From Hemiscyllium ocellatum (lineage: Eukaryota), in NCBI RefSeq assembly GCF_020745735.1, contig NC_083410.1, positions 4,252,117-4,316,116 of the forward strand: a stretch of 64,000 nucleotides of DNA. Direction: 5' to 3'. A program made the position numbers and the translations under genes. Under the pieces are notes generated by a model. That model made no database searches. It worked only from the letters and a program-made list of their open reading frames with translations, and had not been told where the DNA came from. The stretch's first letter is position 1, and every line of letters begins with the position of its first letter. Shown in pieces: positions 22,893-37,279 of the stretch.

Positions 22893-23237
22893 GCATTACA
22901 GTTAGCTGGGTTCCATTCCCACTGATTTCTCCCCACACTTTACAGTAATAGACCCCACTGTCACTGGGCTGTACGTTTGTGATGGTCAGAGTGAAGCTAT
23001 CATTGGAGGGGTCTCTGGAAGAGCGGAATTGCTCAGTGAATCCTAGGCTTCATTGTGTGATGTTTCTCAAATCACATGTTAAAATCTACTCCATGTTATT
23101 CACTGGTTAATCCCGGTCACAGTGAACATCAGTGCGTGTCATTGCAGCGTTCCTCATGGTGCATTGTAACCGGGCAGTGTGACTCTCAGTGACACGTTCC
23201 AGGCTCAGAGACTGGAGAAGGATTGAGAAATTTGCAC
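22893..23237 (-). pseudogene. Germline-joined VJ-type Ig exon, mirror of 15883-16209
   Basis: Full 345-nt length. ANFSILLQSLSLERV...LQCTMRNAAMTRTDVHCDRD*...ITQ*SLGFTEQFRSSRD...YYCKVWGEISGNGTQLTVM. Confidence 0.93.
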
Positions 23238-24259
23238 CTTTAGGGGAAAAGATCTGAATAAATTAAACCTTGTCTGAAATTTCTGATGACATCTGATTCA
23301 AATTCAAGTAGAAAGGATAGATTGTAGGAGTGCAAAAGTGGTGTTAATTATTTTAATAAAACGAGACATTTTAAAGTGAGTTCACTAAAATAAAGCATGA
23401 ATCATTAATAAGTGTTTCAGCATGAATTAAGAAGTAAAACCAGTGAAACTTGGAAATCGTACAAACTGTTCTGACTACCAATGTCCGTCTGAAATTGAAA
23501 CTCCAGTGTGACCAATACATTAAGTTCCAGATGAATACTGTGAAGGGACGGTGCTGGTAATTTTATTGTTTCCATGTGCTTTGAACTTTTATTGAATTGT
23601 ATTACACATAAGTAACTTGCTTCATTCTATTTTATCTTAATATCTGTCCTGTAATAAACTTCTGTTTCTTGTTAAAAGGAAAGTTGCAGCCTTGCCTGCT
23701 TATGTTGCAGTGAAAGACCACTTCATTAAATACAATAATGAAACTTGGATCCATCAAGCTGGGTTAATCGATTGAAAATTAGCAAAACAAGAAAGAATCC
23801 AAATGGGACATTTGTAGAACTGGCAAGAGAGAAAGCAAGGACCAGGGATTTCAATCACTCAGCAACAGAAAATAAATGTGAACATAAGGGAAATTATCAT
23901 CATGGAAGATCAATACATTTCACATGATCAGGAAGGAGAGGTCAAATCCGAGTGAGGCACAGCCCGAGTGAATGCACATCTCTGGGGATTTGGATCAGCG
24001 TGGGAATTCAGTGATGAGAGGAAGAGGTGTTTTCACTTGCTGTTTGGGTGATAATTTGTCAGGTTTTGTTTAACAGGATCAGGATCAGGGACCCAGCACA
24101 AAACAAAGACTGATGTCACAGGAAAACCTGAAGGCCACCGGATAATATCTGCTCATTTGTCTATCTATGAGAAGTTAATTTTAGATTGAAGATAAATAGG
24201 AGAAATATTTGACAGATTACAAACTAAAAGACAAATAGAACATTTAATAAAAACTAAGT

Positions 24260-26200
24260 TCTAAGCGAATAATATACAGATGATGGACCAGGTATTGTGC
24301 TATAACTCCATGATGTGGAAGCTGGTGGGCCTCATTGTGGTTCGTAGTGTAGCTCAGCTGCAGTAAGTATTGGTTCCTTGATGAACTCTGGCTCAGAGTT
24401 GCTGAGCTGAAGTCAGAACTTTAAACACTGACTCATCAGGGAGGGGGTTGAGTTACTCAGACACCGTTTCAGGAGGCGGTCATACCTTGAATTCAGTCAA
24501 TTGTCAGGGGGAGGATGGTGTGATTCTGAGAAAGGCAGGCAGAGGATCCAGGAGGTCAGGCTGAACAAGTTTTGGATCTTGAGCTGTCTAACAGCTTTGC
24601 GATTCTTGTTTCCTGTGCAGATGAGACTGGGGGCTATCGGGAGGATGAGCAAACTGACCCCAGCACCATGGTACAGGGAGGGCAGCCTGAGAGAATGAAT
24701 CATTGCTAATGGGGACAGCTAGTGGGTGATAATGGATTGTGTGTGGTAGCAGCCCATGTGATGACAAAGCCTAGTGTGTGGGGGTTTAGTTAAGGAACGG
24801 GGAAGATGCTTATTTGGGAGAGATATCAAAGAGGAGTCTTGTGTTCTGTGTTTTTGAGAACTAAAAAGACAATAAAGAGAGGGAAATAAAATCAAATGAA
24901 CTGAGGAAAACAGTGATTAACATAAAAATTGACAATACAAGCTTCATTAAATATTTGAAAATGTTGAGACCAGTCAAATTATACATAGGCCACTTCGAAA
25001 ATGAAACTGTAGAGATGGATCTAGGGAACAGGAGAATGCCTGAGGAGTTAAACAGATATTTTGTATTTGTCTTTACAATGGAAGATGTGTCAAATGTCCC
25101 ATTAATACTAAAGAATATGGGAGAAGCGATTAAATACCATCATCATTAACAGAGAAGAAGTGTTTGATGAAATAAAGGAAGAAAACTTACCATTGCCCTG
25201 AAGATTTGAATCATTGGATCCTAAAAGAGGGGGCTACAGAGATAACAATTGCATTGTTTGCAGTTTTCCACCAAGAGGGATACAAATAATTTAAAGAGAA
25301 ATATCGATAAATTAAGAGAATGGGCATTGCATTGGGAGTATAACATGGGGGAAATCTGCAACTGTCCAGTTTGGAAGGGACAACAATGGAACAGGGAATT
25401 ATTTTAATGGAGAAAATCTGCAGAAAGCTGCAGCACAACAGGACTTGGGATTAACTGTCCATGAAACTCTGAAAGCTGGCAAACAGGGGCAGCAGATAAT
25501 CAGGAAAACGGGAGGAATGTTGGCCCTTATTACAAAGGTGGTTGGAGTGTAAGAGTAGGGAACTTTTACTGCAACTGGACAAGGGTCTTGGGAGACCACA
25601 TCTGGAGCATTGTCAGCAGTTTTGGCCCCTTATTAAAACAAAGTTTTCATTTCATTGCAAGCAGTTCAGAGAAGGATCACTGGGATACTCCTTGGGATGG
25701 GAGGGATTGTCTTTTGAACAAAGGCTGAAAAGGTTCGGATTCTACTCACTGGGGATTAGAAGAATGAGAGGTGAGATATCAGATTATTAAGGGGCTTGAC
25801 AGGTGAATGCTGAGAGGATGGTTCCCCTCATGGACAGTCTAGTGTCAGAGAGCTTAGTCTCAGAATAAAACAGCACCAATTTAAGATTGCGATGAGGAGG
25901 AAATTCTTCTCTCAGAGGGTTGTGCGTCTTTGGAACTCCTTACCACAAAGATCTCTGGGGGCAGTATCCTTGTGTATATTTAAGGCTGGGATCGATAGAT
26001 TCTTGATGAGTTACCAGACATGGGCAGGAATGCTGATAGATAGGTTTTTGATCAGTCGGGACTCAAGGATTATGTGAGAAATGCAGGAAAGTGCATATGG
26101 AAATATCGGAGCAGCCATGACCTTATTGAATAATGGAGAAGGCTAGAGGGGCAGAATGGCCTACCCCTGTTCCTATTTCATATCTTCTTATACGCTTATA
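24260..26200 (+). mobile_element. Mirror copies of the CR1 fragments at 12930-14860
   Basis: Mirrored ORF remnants, e.g. 25542-25790 and 25892-26077. Confidence 0.85.
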
Positions 26201-26929
26201 TTCTAGAACTGACAGAAGGAGTTTGAAGTAATAAAGGAGAAAGACTGGAACCAAAAAGTGATTGAAAGAAATTAACATTCTCGCATCTTCATAAGGTTGA
26301 ACATGTCAAAGCCAATTGCTGGAAGTTCAATGGGAGACTAATTGGAGTCAGAGGAATACCAAAAGAATTTTCAGAAAAAGATATATCACAAAAATAAATA
26401 ACTACTTTAACCACTTAAAATTCTTTGACTGCACGAATGAGGGAGAGGGAATCAGGATAGTCCAGAGAATTTGCCTTTAAATATAAACAAGGAGAGTGAG
26501 GCCACTGGAGGGTTTGATATTTGAGGGGAGTATTTCCTTCAGCTTCAAAGCCAGGAGGTAAACCAAGACAGATCTTGAGATACACTGGAGCAAGTCAGTC
26601 CCTGATGCTGCCTAAAGATCCTGTTTATCTTCCAAAGAGATTAGCCAAAGAGTAAATATTAATTGGAGACATTCATGTAGATGAGACAGATTTGGATTAA
26701 AAAGTGACTTGGTAAATGTAGAGGTGAGGTTTCAGTGAGAGGAGTAAAACACATTCTGTTGGAAGTATTTTACTCTGTTTTGATAAATGACCTGGCAGGT
26801 TCAAGAATATTAACCTCACCATGCATCGTGGAACAACCTGTGGAGATGAAATAATCTGAAATGCGACTGGAGGTGCATTCTGGATTTTATCCTCATTGTG
26901 TTATGATGAGATCTCCAGGTTCATGGAAT

Positions 26930-27330
26930 AATAGTCCGTGACCATGTTGATTTGAAATTTCAGTTCTCAGAATTAATTTTCAAAATTTCAATTGAATACA
27001 ATGATGGTGAACAGAATGAGGCTGATAGGTTCAGAATATCTTCTTCAGCAGAAATACAACAAATTGATACTGAATTCAGAGAGTTTTACCAAACAGCTTC
27101 CTCAGAAATGGAATCAGAAACAATGCCTGAGTGTTATTATTTGAAAGACAAAAGTATTAATGAGGAAATAGTGTTCAGCTCAAGTACCCGATGATGGGGA
27201 ATGGACAGAGGTCCATCAGGTGGTCACTCCATCTGAGGTCCAGAATGAAATTTCACAAATTGGTTCATGAAATTCCAATGAACGGACTTCTAGGGATTAC
27301 AAAAATGTAGGGAATTCAAGACAATCACAA
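26930..27330 (+). mobile_element. Gypsy fragment, mirror of 11800-12200
   Basis: ORF 26952-27194, ETMPECYYLKD. Confidence 0.75.
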
Positions 27331-27400
27331 ACTGATCTCCAATTCATTTATAGGGCAAGAGGTCATAGTTGGAAGTGATTGTTATGAAAACTATATTTAC

Positions 27401-27721
27401 TCCTGACATTGAGCTGGCTTCCTCTCCCACACTGAACAGTAATAGACCCTTGTGACAGTGGGATGAATGTTTGTGATGGTAAGAAAGAAACTGTTGTTGG
27501 AGGGATCTCTGGAAGACTGGAATCACTCAATGAATCCTGGTGTCCTTTGTATGGAGCCATATATACTATCTGTTAAAATTCGCATCTTACAGCACCCTGG
27601 TTTTTTGATGGTACTATTTAATGGTGGTGTTTGTCATTCATGATGCACTGTACCCAGACAGTGTGACCCCTGATAATCCATTCCAGGCTTGGAGACTGGA
27701 GAAGTATTGGAGTATTTATAC
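27401..27721 (-). pseudogene. Germline-joined VJ-type Ig exon, mirror of 11401-11721
   Basis: Reverse complement shows ...cttctccagtctccaagcctggaatgg...gggtctattactgttcagtgtgggagaggaagccagctcaatgtcagga|gt. Confidence 0.88.
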
Positions 27722-29204
27722 TTTTCAGGAAGAAAATATTGAGAATTTCAGAATCAATTCTCCAGGTTACAATGTGCTGTCAGTTGTTCAAAGAGACTGT
27801 TCAGGTGGAACATATTCTGTATTAAATAGGGAACTGGTTTAAGATTGAACCAGTGGAGTTGAATCAGATCAAACAAACCATATTTGAGTAACTAAATAAT
27901 TTTAATGACTGGTGATATAAATATTTAAAGAGGAACAGCTGGGTCAGAGTGTAGAGTGACATTGCCTGAATTAAGGGAGGTCCATGATTACAGCTTCCAG
28001 CCTCAGACTCTACCCACTCCCTGTCTCCACCAGATTCTCCAAACTCCTCATGGATCCCATTCCTTCTCCCTGACCCACTCATTGCTCACGTACCGCAGCC
28101 TCTTCTGGGAAGTTCCCTCATTCCCCCCATTCTGCTCACTGCTTTCCTCAGAATAATCACCTTTCCCTGAACCAGACTCTTCACAATCCTCCCAGTGCCA
28201 TGTACACAATGCCCCACTGTGTGTAACTCACTTTCCAGCCAGTATTCTGCTCTGGGGACTGGTGTGAATGATGATCTCCTGGCAGAGACTAGTCAATATT
28301 ACCATGGGAACCTGAGATATATTACAGACTTCTGATATTAATTGAAAAAGTACATGGAAATGGATTGAATGTTCAAGGAATAGATAGGTGTTGCTGCACT
28401 CACAGGAAGGAACCTATCTATGGTGCTACCTATCTGGTCCCACTGTCAATGAAGTTATTGAGTGACTGCAGAGCACTCTGATGGGGGAGGTGAGTGTGAA
28501 CTGTCAGCAGTCCCACTCCACATATATCTCAATGACAGAAGCAGGAAGAGGAACGTTCTCAAACAGTCAGAGTTGATGAAACGAGGTAAGGAATCAACAT
28601 TTCCTCCCAGTACCACAGACAGGTGAGTAAATCACCAGAAAGATGGAGCAGATGGATAGGTGGCTGGAGAGATGATGCAGGAGGGAGGAGGATGTGAAAT
28701 TCCTATAACAGTGATCATGGGGATTTATGAGAAGATGATCACTGGAGAGGACAGAAAGATCGCAGCTAACTCGAGACAGATTTTGTGAGCTGATGCCTGA
28801 GTGGTATTGTGGGGGATGGAGATAAATTAACTTGGCAGGGCTCTGGGCACCAGAAGGAAATATCAGAGAGGAGTCTCAAGGTTCACAGACATAGACAGCT
28901 CCAAAATAATGTCTAAATTAATATTGATGTCCAAAAGGAATTATTTGAAACTCAAACTTCCAGCTCATTTGTGTGAATAATCAAGGGACAGCCTCTCAGA
29001 GGCTCAATCTTGAAGACAGAAAGCGTTAAGTCAAACATATCAATATGATAGAACAGGATATTCTCTGGGAGGTGAAAATTGCAAAGTGATGGTGTTCGAA
29101 TAAATGGGATTTTATTATTTCCATCTGCTTTCAAATTTCAATGAATTAGTTTATATGCAAATAATTTGGTTTATTCTATTTTATCTTAATCTGTTATGTG
29201 CAAT

Positions 29205-30110
29205 AAAGTTGGTGAGTCTATCATAGTTGCAAGCAGGACGTTCCATGCTCCTACTGCCCTCTGAGTAAAGAAACTATCTCTGACATCTCTCCTAAATCTA
29301 TCACTCCTCAATTTAAAGCTATTTTCCCTCGTACTAGCCATCACCATCTGAGAAAAAAGACTCTCATTGTCCACCCTATCTAACCCTCTGATTATCTTAT
29401 ATGTCACAATTAAGTCACCTCGCGACTTTCTTCTCTCAAACAAAAACAGCCTCAAGTCCCTCAGTCTTTCCTCATAAGACCTTCCCTCCATACCAGGCAA
29501 CATCTGAGTAATACTGCTCTGAACCCTTGTAATGCTTCCATATTCTTCCAGAAATGTCCACAATACTCCAAGTGCAGACACACCAGACTTTTGTACAGCT
29601 GCAACATGACCTCATGGCTCCGAAACTCAATCTCTCTACCAATAAAAGCGAACGCATCATATATCTTCTTAACAACCCTAAAACTTTAGTGGCAACTTTC
29701 AGGGATCTATGTACATGGACACTGAGATCTCTCTGCTCCTTTACACTGCCAAGAATCTTACCATTAGCCCAGTACTGTGCATCCCTGTTGCTCCTTCCAA
29801 AGTGAATCACCTCACAGTTTTCTGCATGAAACTCTATTTGCCATCTCTCAGCCATTCTCTGCAGCTTATCTATGTCCCCCTGTTACGTACAACATCCTTC
29901 AACATTATCCACAACTCTACCAACCTTTGTGTCATCCGCAATATTACTAACCCATCTTTTACTCCCTCATCTAGGTCATTTATAGGAATGACCAACAGCA
30001 ATGGGCCCAAAACAGATCCTTTTGGTACACGGCTATTAATGAAGTCAAGAACATATATTTCCCATCAACCACCACCCACTATCTTCTTTCAGCTAGCCAA
30101 TTTCTGATCC
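29205..30110 (-). mobile_element. CR1 fragment, mirror of 8885-9790
   Basis: Mirrored remnants, e.g. 29472-29855(-). Confidence 0.9.
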
Positions 30111-30326
30111 AAACCATTAAGGATGGGCAATAAGTGCTGGCCCAGCCACTGACACCCACATCTTACAAAACAAATAAATAAATTGCTGCACCTGAGCTCA
30201 GCTTCCTCCCCACAGTGGATCCAATCCCGAGATCACTCTCCATCTCTTCCTCAATCTTCTTAATCACAAACCGATCTCCATTTCATTCATTGGGCCGGAG
30301 GAGATTGTCATGTAAATGCTATTCAC

Positions 30327-30655
30327 TGGCTTCCTCTCCCATAGACATTACACCACACTGAGCAGTAATAGTCCCCAGTGTCACTGGGCTGAACATTGTG
30401 ATGGTCAGAAGGAAGTTGTTACTGGAGGAGTCTCTGGAAGGCTGGAATCGTTCAGTGAATCCTGGGCTCCAATGTGAGAGTCATTTTTACCATGTGCTAA
30501 AATTCACACAGTGTGACTCCTTGGTTTTTGTCTGTGCCACTTAATGGTGGTGTGTGTCACTGCAGTGTTCCTCATGGTGCACTGTAACCAGAGAGTGTGA
30601 CCCTCAGTGACATGTTTGAGGCTCGGGGACTGGAGAAGGATGACAGGATTTGAAC
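30327..30655 (-). pseudogene. Germline-joined VJ-type Ig exon, mirror of 8325-8667
   Basis: SNPVILLQSPSLKHVTEGHTLWLQCTMRNTAVTHTTIKWHRQKPRSHTV* (ORF 30504-30689), with a 14-bp deletion at the J end. Confidence 0.92.
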
Positions 30656-30834
30656 CTTTTGGGGAAAAGATCAGGAATTTAAGATTCAATTCTCTGGGTT
30701 ACAATTTGTTGCCAGTTTTTCAAAGGGACAGTTCAGATGGAACATGTTCTGTATTAAAAAGGGAACTGGTTTAACAAAAGATCTTTAAATAACTTTAATA
30801 ACTATTTGTGTAATCAATTAAAGAACCTGAGATC

Positions 30835-31990
30835 ATAAGAAATAGGAACAGGAGGAGGCCGATCGGCCCCTCAAGCCTGCTATGCCATCTAATAGATCCT
30901 GACAGATCGACATTCCTCACGACCACTTCCCTGTGATTTCCCTGTAATGCTTGATTCCCCAACTAACCTAGAATCTCTCTGCCTCAGGCTTCAATATATA
31001 ATATACACAAGGATTCATCCCAGCCACAGCTCTCTGTAGCAAGGAGTTCCAAAGATTCACAATGCACTGACAGAAGAAATTCCTCAACAACTCAGCTTTA
31101 AATTGGTACTTTGTAATTATGAAACTGTGTCCTGTGGACTTAAACTCTCCATGAGGGGAAACATTCTTTCAACATTGACCCTGTCAAGCCCTGAGATCAC
31201 CTCTCATTCTTATAAACCTCAGTGAGGAGAGTCCCACCTTTTATTTTTATTCATTGTGGAACATGGGTGTCACTGGAAGGGCATTTATTGCCCGTCATGA
31301 GTTGCCATTTAGGTGGTGAGATGCTGCCTTGAACCGCTGCAGTCCATGTATTGTAGATAGTCCCATAATTCCTTTAGGAAGGGAATTCCAGGATTGTGTA
31401 CTCATTGGGGCAAGTGGGGAGCATTCCATCACATATCTAGCCTGTGCCTTGTAGATGGTGGACAGAATTTAAGGAGTCAGGAGGTGAGTTACTTACCATA
31501 GCATTCCTAGTCTTTGACCTGCTGTTGGTTCCGTAAGTTCAGGTAAGTTTACTGGTCAAGGATGGAGATAGTGGTGGATTCAGTGATAGTAATCCTATTT
31601 AATGGCAGGGGGTGGTGTTTTGTCTTATTGGAGATGGGCATAGCCTGGCATTTGCTTGGTATGAATGTTACTTTCCCCTTGCTAACCCAAGCCTGGATAT
31701 TTTCCCAATCTTGTTTCATTTGAACAAGATTGGGGAAATCTTGTTCAATCTTGGGAAAACAGAAAACATTTCTGTTTCAGTATCTGAGAAACTGTAAATG
31801 CTGCTGAACCTGTTTAGCCATTGCTCGTAGGACAATTCCTCAGTACCAAGATCATACAAGTGATCTTTCTCTGATCTGCCACCAATGAAATGATAGCTTT
31901 CCTTAAAAAGAGGAACAAAACTGCTCATTGTGCTTGAGATGTGGTCTCACCAGCGCCTTGTGGCACTGCAGTAAGACTTCCTAACTCTGA
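30835..31990 (-). mobile_element. LINE composite, mirror of 7020-8150
   Basis: Reverse-complement similarity to 7020-8150. Confidence 0.7.
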
Positions 31991-32628
31991 TTGGCTAACC
32001 TCCTTAAAATAAGAGCCGGAAGGCACAGCGGGCGCTGAGTGTACAGTGACGTTGCTTGAATAAAGGGCAGCTCCTGATTCCAGCCCTCAGCCTCAGACTC
32101 TCCCCATTCCCTGTTCCCACCAGAGGCTCCGAGCTCCTCATGGTTCCTTCTCCCTGGGTTGTAATTGCACTGGAATGAGTGGAGAGATACTGACATGAGG
32201 AGAGGCTGGATAAGCTCGGGTTGTTTTCTTTAACCTGGATGGGTATGCTCTTTTGTGCTTTATGGTTCATTCCCAATCCGTGGGAGACTCCTTGCAGATG
32301 TGTCACCTCACAAAGCAGTCTCCGTGACTCTGCACATCCAGCCACATGGCACTGACTCACTTGTGAGTTGAATGGAATTAATATCACTTATTCTGCAGGG
32401 TAAAACTCCACATTTCCCACCAGATCCTCCTCCCATTGCCACAAAAAATCCCTTTTCTCTCACCATTCACCAACATTGAACCTGAGCTCAGCTTCCTCCC
32501 ACAGTGAATCCATCCCCAAGATCATTCTCCATCACGTCCTCAATTCTCTTGATAACAAACTGATCTCCAATTCATTCATTGGGCACAAGTTTATTGCTGG
32601 AGGTGATTGTCATGTCAACTCTACTTAT

Positions 32629-32665
32629 TGTCTACAATGACCAGGCATCCACTTCCACAGATCTG
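32629..32665 (-). pseudogene. J-end remnant, mirror of 6357-6393
   Basis: Reverse complement cagatctgtggaagtggatgcctggtcattgtagaca|ataagtag. Confidence 0.65.
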
Positions 32666-33089
32666 GGTAGAGGGCATGGAGCCAGGGATGGTCCCACGAT
32701 CAGTCTGTTGGACCTACATCTCAGTTCGTGAGTCAGGGTGGGTTCCCCTGGAAGGTTGTGTCCCCTTGTCCAGCAATATTCCATCCCACTTCAGGGAGAT
32801 GGAGGAGGAGATGCAGCACGGATTTGAAAAAACACCATTCTGGGTGAAGAATGAGAGACTCCAGTAGAGCAATCGCTGATTCTGGATGGAAGATCAATTT
32901 GGTGATGACACCAAGAGAAGGAGGAAAGTGAGGTGTCAAGAGGAGAGAGAGAGAGAAAGAGACAGGTGAAGTGAATGGGCAAAATGTGGCAAATGGAATA
33001 CAATATTGTAAAATGCAATATTGTTCTTTTTTGGGAAGTGTAGAAATTATTGAGGAGGTTAATCAGAAGATTTAGAATAAGACTAGGCC

Positions 33090-35510
33090 ATTCAGCCCTA
33101 TGATCCTGTTCCACTATTCAGTTGAGTCACAGTGTCATACAGCACAGAATCAGAGCCTTTGGTCCAAACAGTCTATGATGAACATAATCCCAAACTAAAC
33201 TAGTCACACCTGCCCTGTTCCTGCCAATATCCCCCCAAACCTTTTCTATTCATATACTTATTCATATATCTTTTAAACATTACAATTGGACTCATCGACC
33301 AGTTCCTCTGGTTGTTCATTCCACCCCTGAACTATGCTCTGTGTAAAAAATAAAGCCCTCAAATCTTTTTTAAATCTCTTCCTCTTACCTTAAAAATGAT
33401 CTCCCTAGTTGAGGGATCCCTCATCCTCAGGAAAAGACGACTACCATTGATGACTCTCTCAATATCTCTCTTTATTTTATAACCTTCTATCAGGAGGCTT
33501 CCCAACCTCTTATGCTAGAGTGAGAAAAGTCCCAGCTTAGCCAAATTTCCATTAGAACACAACCCTTCCATAGGCATCAACATCCTGGTAAACCACCTCA
33601 GAACAACATCCAGTTTAACAATCTACTTCCTACAACCGGGTGACCAGAACTGGACATTGTATTCCAGAAGAGGCCTCACCAATATCCTGTGCAACCTCAA
33701 TATCACTATTATCCCAACTCCTATAATCAAATGATTAAGCAATGAAGGCAAGCGTGGAATGTCTTTTTAACCACCCTGTCTACATGTGATGCAAATTTCA
33801 AAGAATTCTGTACCAGCACCCCAAGTTCCTCAGCTGAACACACATTCCTCACATCCACTTTCCTGCTCTTTCTTGGAAACTGGTCACGCAACTATCAATC
33901 TCAGTCTTAAACATATGCAAACTCTACTCTCACAGCTCTCTCGAGCAAGGAGCCCAAAGGTTCACAATTCTGTGATAGAAAATATACTTCCTCGTCTCAG
34001 TCTTAAATTGGTGCCCCATAATTCTGAGACTCTGGCCACTGGTCCAAGATGTCGCATGAGAGGAAACAATGTCTCAGCATTTACTCTGTCAAGCCCCTTA
34101 AGATTCCTGTACACTTAAAAGGGATCACCTCTCATTCTTCTAAACTCAAGTGAGGAGAGTCCCAATGTGTTCAGACTTTGCTCAGAAGACAATCCCTTCA
34201 TACTGGGGATCATCGTCATGAACCGTCTCTGAGCTGAGATAAATATTTCTTTAAATAAGGTGAACCAAAATTGCTGACAGTAGACATGATGTGGTCCCAA
34301 AAGCACCTTGTACAATTGCAGTGAGACTTCCCGACTCTTATACTCCAAACCCCTTGAAATAAGGGCCAACATTCCATTCCCCTTCCTGATTACCTGTTAA
34401 CCCTGTGTGCGAGCTTTCTGAGTTTTGTGCACAGATTTACCCAATCCCTTTGTGTTGCAGCTTTCTGCAATTTCTCTCCATTTAAATCATATTCTGTTCT
34501 TTTGTTCTTCTTTTCAAAATAAACAACTTCACATTTTCACACATTGCACTCCATTTGCCAGCTTTTTGTGTACTTTCTTAAATGATCAATATCTCAGTAA
34601 ACTGTTTATGTCTCTCCCACAAACTGCCTTTTCACCTATTTTTGTGTCATCTGCAAATATTCCTACAGTACATTGACTTCCTTTTTCCCAGTCATTAATA
34701 TAAATTGTCAACAGTTATGGTCCCAGCACTGATCCCTGTGGAACCCCACTGGTCACCCTGTAAAAGAACCCCTTATCCCTTTTCGCTGTTTCCGGCCCAT
34801 CAGCCATTTCTCTAGCCGCAATAATATCCTCCATCCAATTTCATGGGCTCTTATCAAACGTTTTGTGAGGTACTGCACAAAACGCCTCCTGGAAGAACAA
34901 ACACAACACAATTACTGTTTCCCCTCTTGCCAATCTGTGTGAGACTTTCTCAAAAAACTCAAATAAATTAGTCAGACATGATTTCCCTTTCATGAAGCCA
35001 CATTGGCTCTGTTTGATTAGATTACGATTTTCCAAATGTTCTTCGAGTAAATATATTAAGGATTTAAGTGATTTGTTTTTCTCCATCCAAGGGAGGGGCT
35101 TGTCCTAATTGGAGTTAAGAATGAAAAGAAAATTTGAAGCATTTCAGTTTCTTTCGGCCATGACAGAGTGGATATGGAGGGAAGGTTGTTTCCCTTTGTG
35201 GGAGTCTGGGACCAGAGGGCAAAATCTCATAGGAATGGATCTGTGATTTAAGATGGATATGAGGATGAATTTAATCCCTCAGAGGAAGTGAATCTGAGGA
35301 ATTCTTTACCACAGAGGGCAGTAACTTCGATTCTGATAGCGACAGATTTTTAATGAGGAAGGAATCTTGGGTTATGGGGAAAAGGCAGGAAAGTAGAGAT
35401 GGGGACTATCAGAGCGGCCATGATCTCACTGAATGGTAGAACCAACACAATGAGCTGAATGGCCTAATTCTGCTGCTATATCCTCTGGTCTTCAGGTCCA
35501 GTTGTGGCAT
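33090..35510 (-). mobile_element. Mirror of the CR1 fragments at 3500-5950
   Basis: Mirrored remnants, e.g. 34115-34372(-) and 34841-35086(-). The 35105-35510 piece is on +. Confidence 0.88.
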
Positions 35511-35579
35511 TTAACAGGCTATTGGATGGTTATTTAAACATAAACAATGTGTAGAGTGAAGGAGCAAAGGCAAACATTG

Positions 35580-36100
35580 GCACTCAGTTAAAATGCTCAA
35601 AGAGCTGGTGCTGAATGGTCCAATGGCTTCGTTCTTCATCAGAACATTCCTGGGATTTTGGGAACAGTGAGATTCCACTTTGTGCAGCAAATGTTGCTTC
35701 GTCTTTTCTGTTTCCTGGGCTCAGTTGGAAGCTGGTTTTCAAAAGGGCAATCATATCTCAACCAGATCATCAAAATCACGTTTACAGTAGCTGGACTCTC
35801 TCTACATTCTGTAGATGGTGAAATCTGCAGGTTTTTTTTCCACAGTATTGTCTGTCCATTAAGCTGCTGGGAAATGGTGGGAGCACAGGGAGAAACTCTA
35901 CACTCTCAGTGAGTGTGAGGGGGCAGCTTGAGAATAGAGGATTACTGTGAGTGTCAGTATGGGTCCATTTGTGGAACTCACTCTGAATCACAAAGTTGTA
36001 AATGCACCAATTTTGTAAAACAGGAGGTTCTCATTCAAGTCCACCCCAACGACACCAAGTGAACACAGACTAATCTAATCCACTCCAAATCCACAAGTTA
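35580..36100. repeat. Unclassified block X, copy 2
   Basis: Mirror of 2900-3420. Confidence 0.75.
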
Positions 36101-37279
36101 ATGGTGCAGCCTGTCCCTCAATCCCATTCTCCCATTAAGTGAATGACAGAAAAGGATGGGAGGAATACTCTGTTTTCTGGTCTGTGATCCCAGCCTATGG
36201 AGCTCCGTGTCAGCTGCACCAAACAATCCTCAGACAGTGAAATTCTCCTTGTGACTCTCCCCTCCAGTTCTCAATGTTCAAACTTATAGAATTCTCACAA
36301 ACCCCACAGCAGCACAAACCATAGAAAGGTCATTATAACAAGTTTAACTTCTCAAAAGTGAGCACTTGTCCAAAGCAACAGAGGGACAGGATCATAGCAA
36401 ATAGAGTTCCACTGATCATCTCCACAGACCAGCAACCCTGCTTCTCCACTCAGTATATTGTATGTCCAGTTAATAATTCAAGACACATAGAATCCCAGCC
36501 AACTGCAGTGTCTTTCATCACTTGTTTCTCAGGAGGTAAAGGAATAAAACTGTCAGTAAAGAGGAAGTTCAGCACAGTTCTCTTGTTGCCATTGGGGTCT
36601 GCAGTTTGAACACATTCCTTATTCCATTTCTTGTCTTTCAATGTTTCTATTTAACCTTTTCTTAACCCTTTGGCGAACAGACATTACTGAGTTGGTTTCC
36701 ATGAAGTGAATCTGGTAATATTTGTTGTTTATGATTTGTCACCAGTTAATTTACCCTGAAAATTATATAGCAATGCTTACAATCTCTGCAACAATTATCA
36801 TGACAATGGATCCTCACCCCTGATTATTTCCAAACACATGAAAGGTGTAATGATAATGTGTAATTTTAAATTCTCCCTGGAAATCAAGCCAACTATTCCA
36901 AGAGTTGTCGCAATGGGGAAAGGTTTATTCAAATGTTGCTAAAGTCCCCAACTTACCTGACCGTGACACTTAGGATAAATGGAAACACAGACCAGTTACT
37001 AAACTGAACAAGATAAATGTAAACTGATTACAAACTGTTTCATCCAATGCAGAATGAAAGCACAATTTATAACTGGTTTTACCATTTCTTAATGTCTCCT
37101 TTCCCATATGAAGGCAGTCTCACAAGATAGACTATTAAGGGAAGAAAAAGATTGAAAAACGTCAGGCAAACACAGTTCAGTCACATCGATGTGGACCATG
37201 AATTTAATGAGTCACTTGCCTTCTCATCATTTCGATTTGGATTTGGTTTTTTTTGCTGTGAACACTAAGTTACATTCAG

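Noticed and set aside
36511-36562. Second J-like string (..FSGGKGIKLSVKR, donor-like A|GGAAGT); mirror at 2294-2345
   Set aside because: No F/W before GxG, no GT donor, and no nonamer at 12 or 23 nt from the only GTG-ending heptamer candidate. Could be chance.
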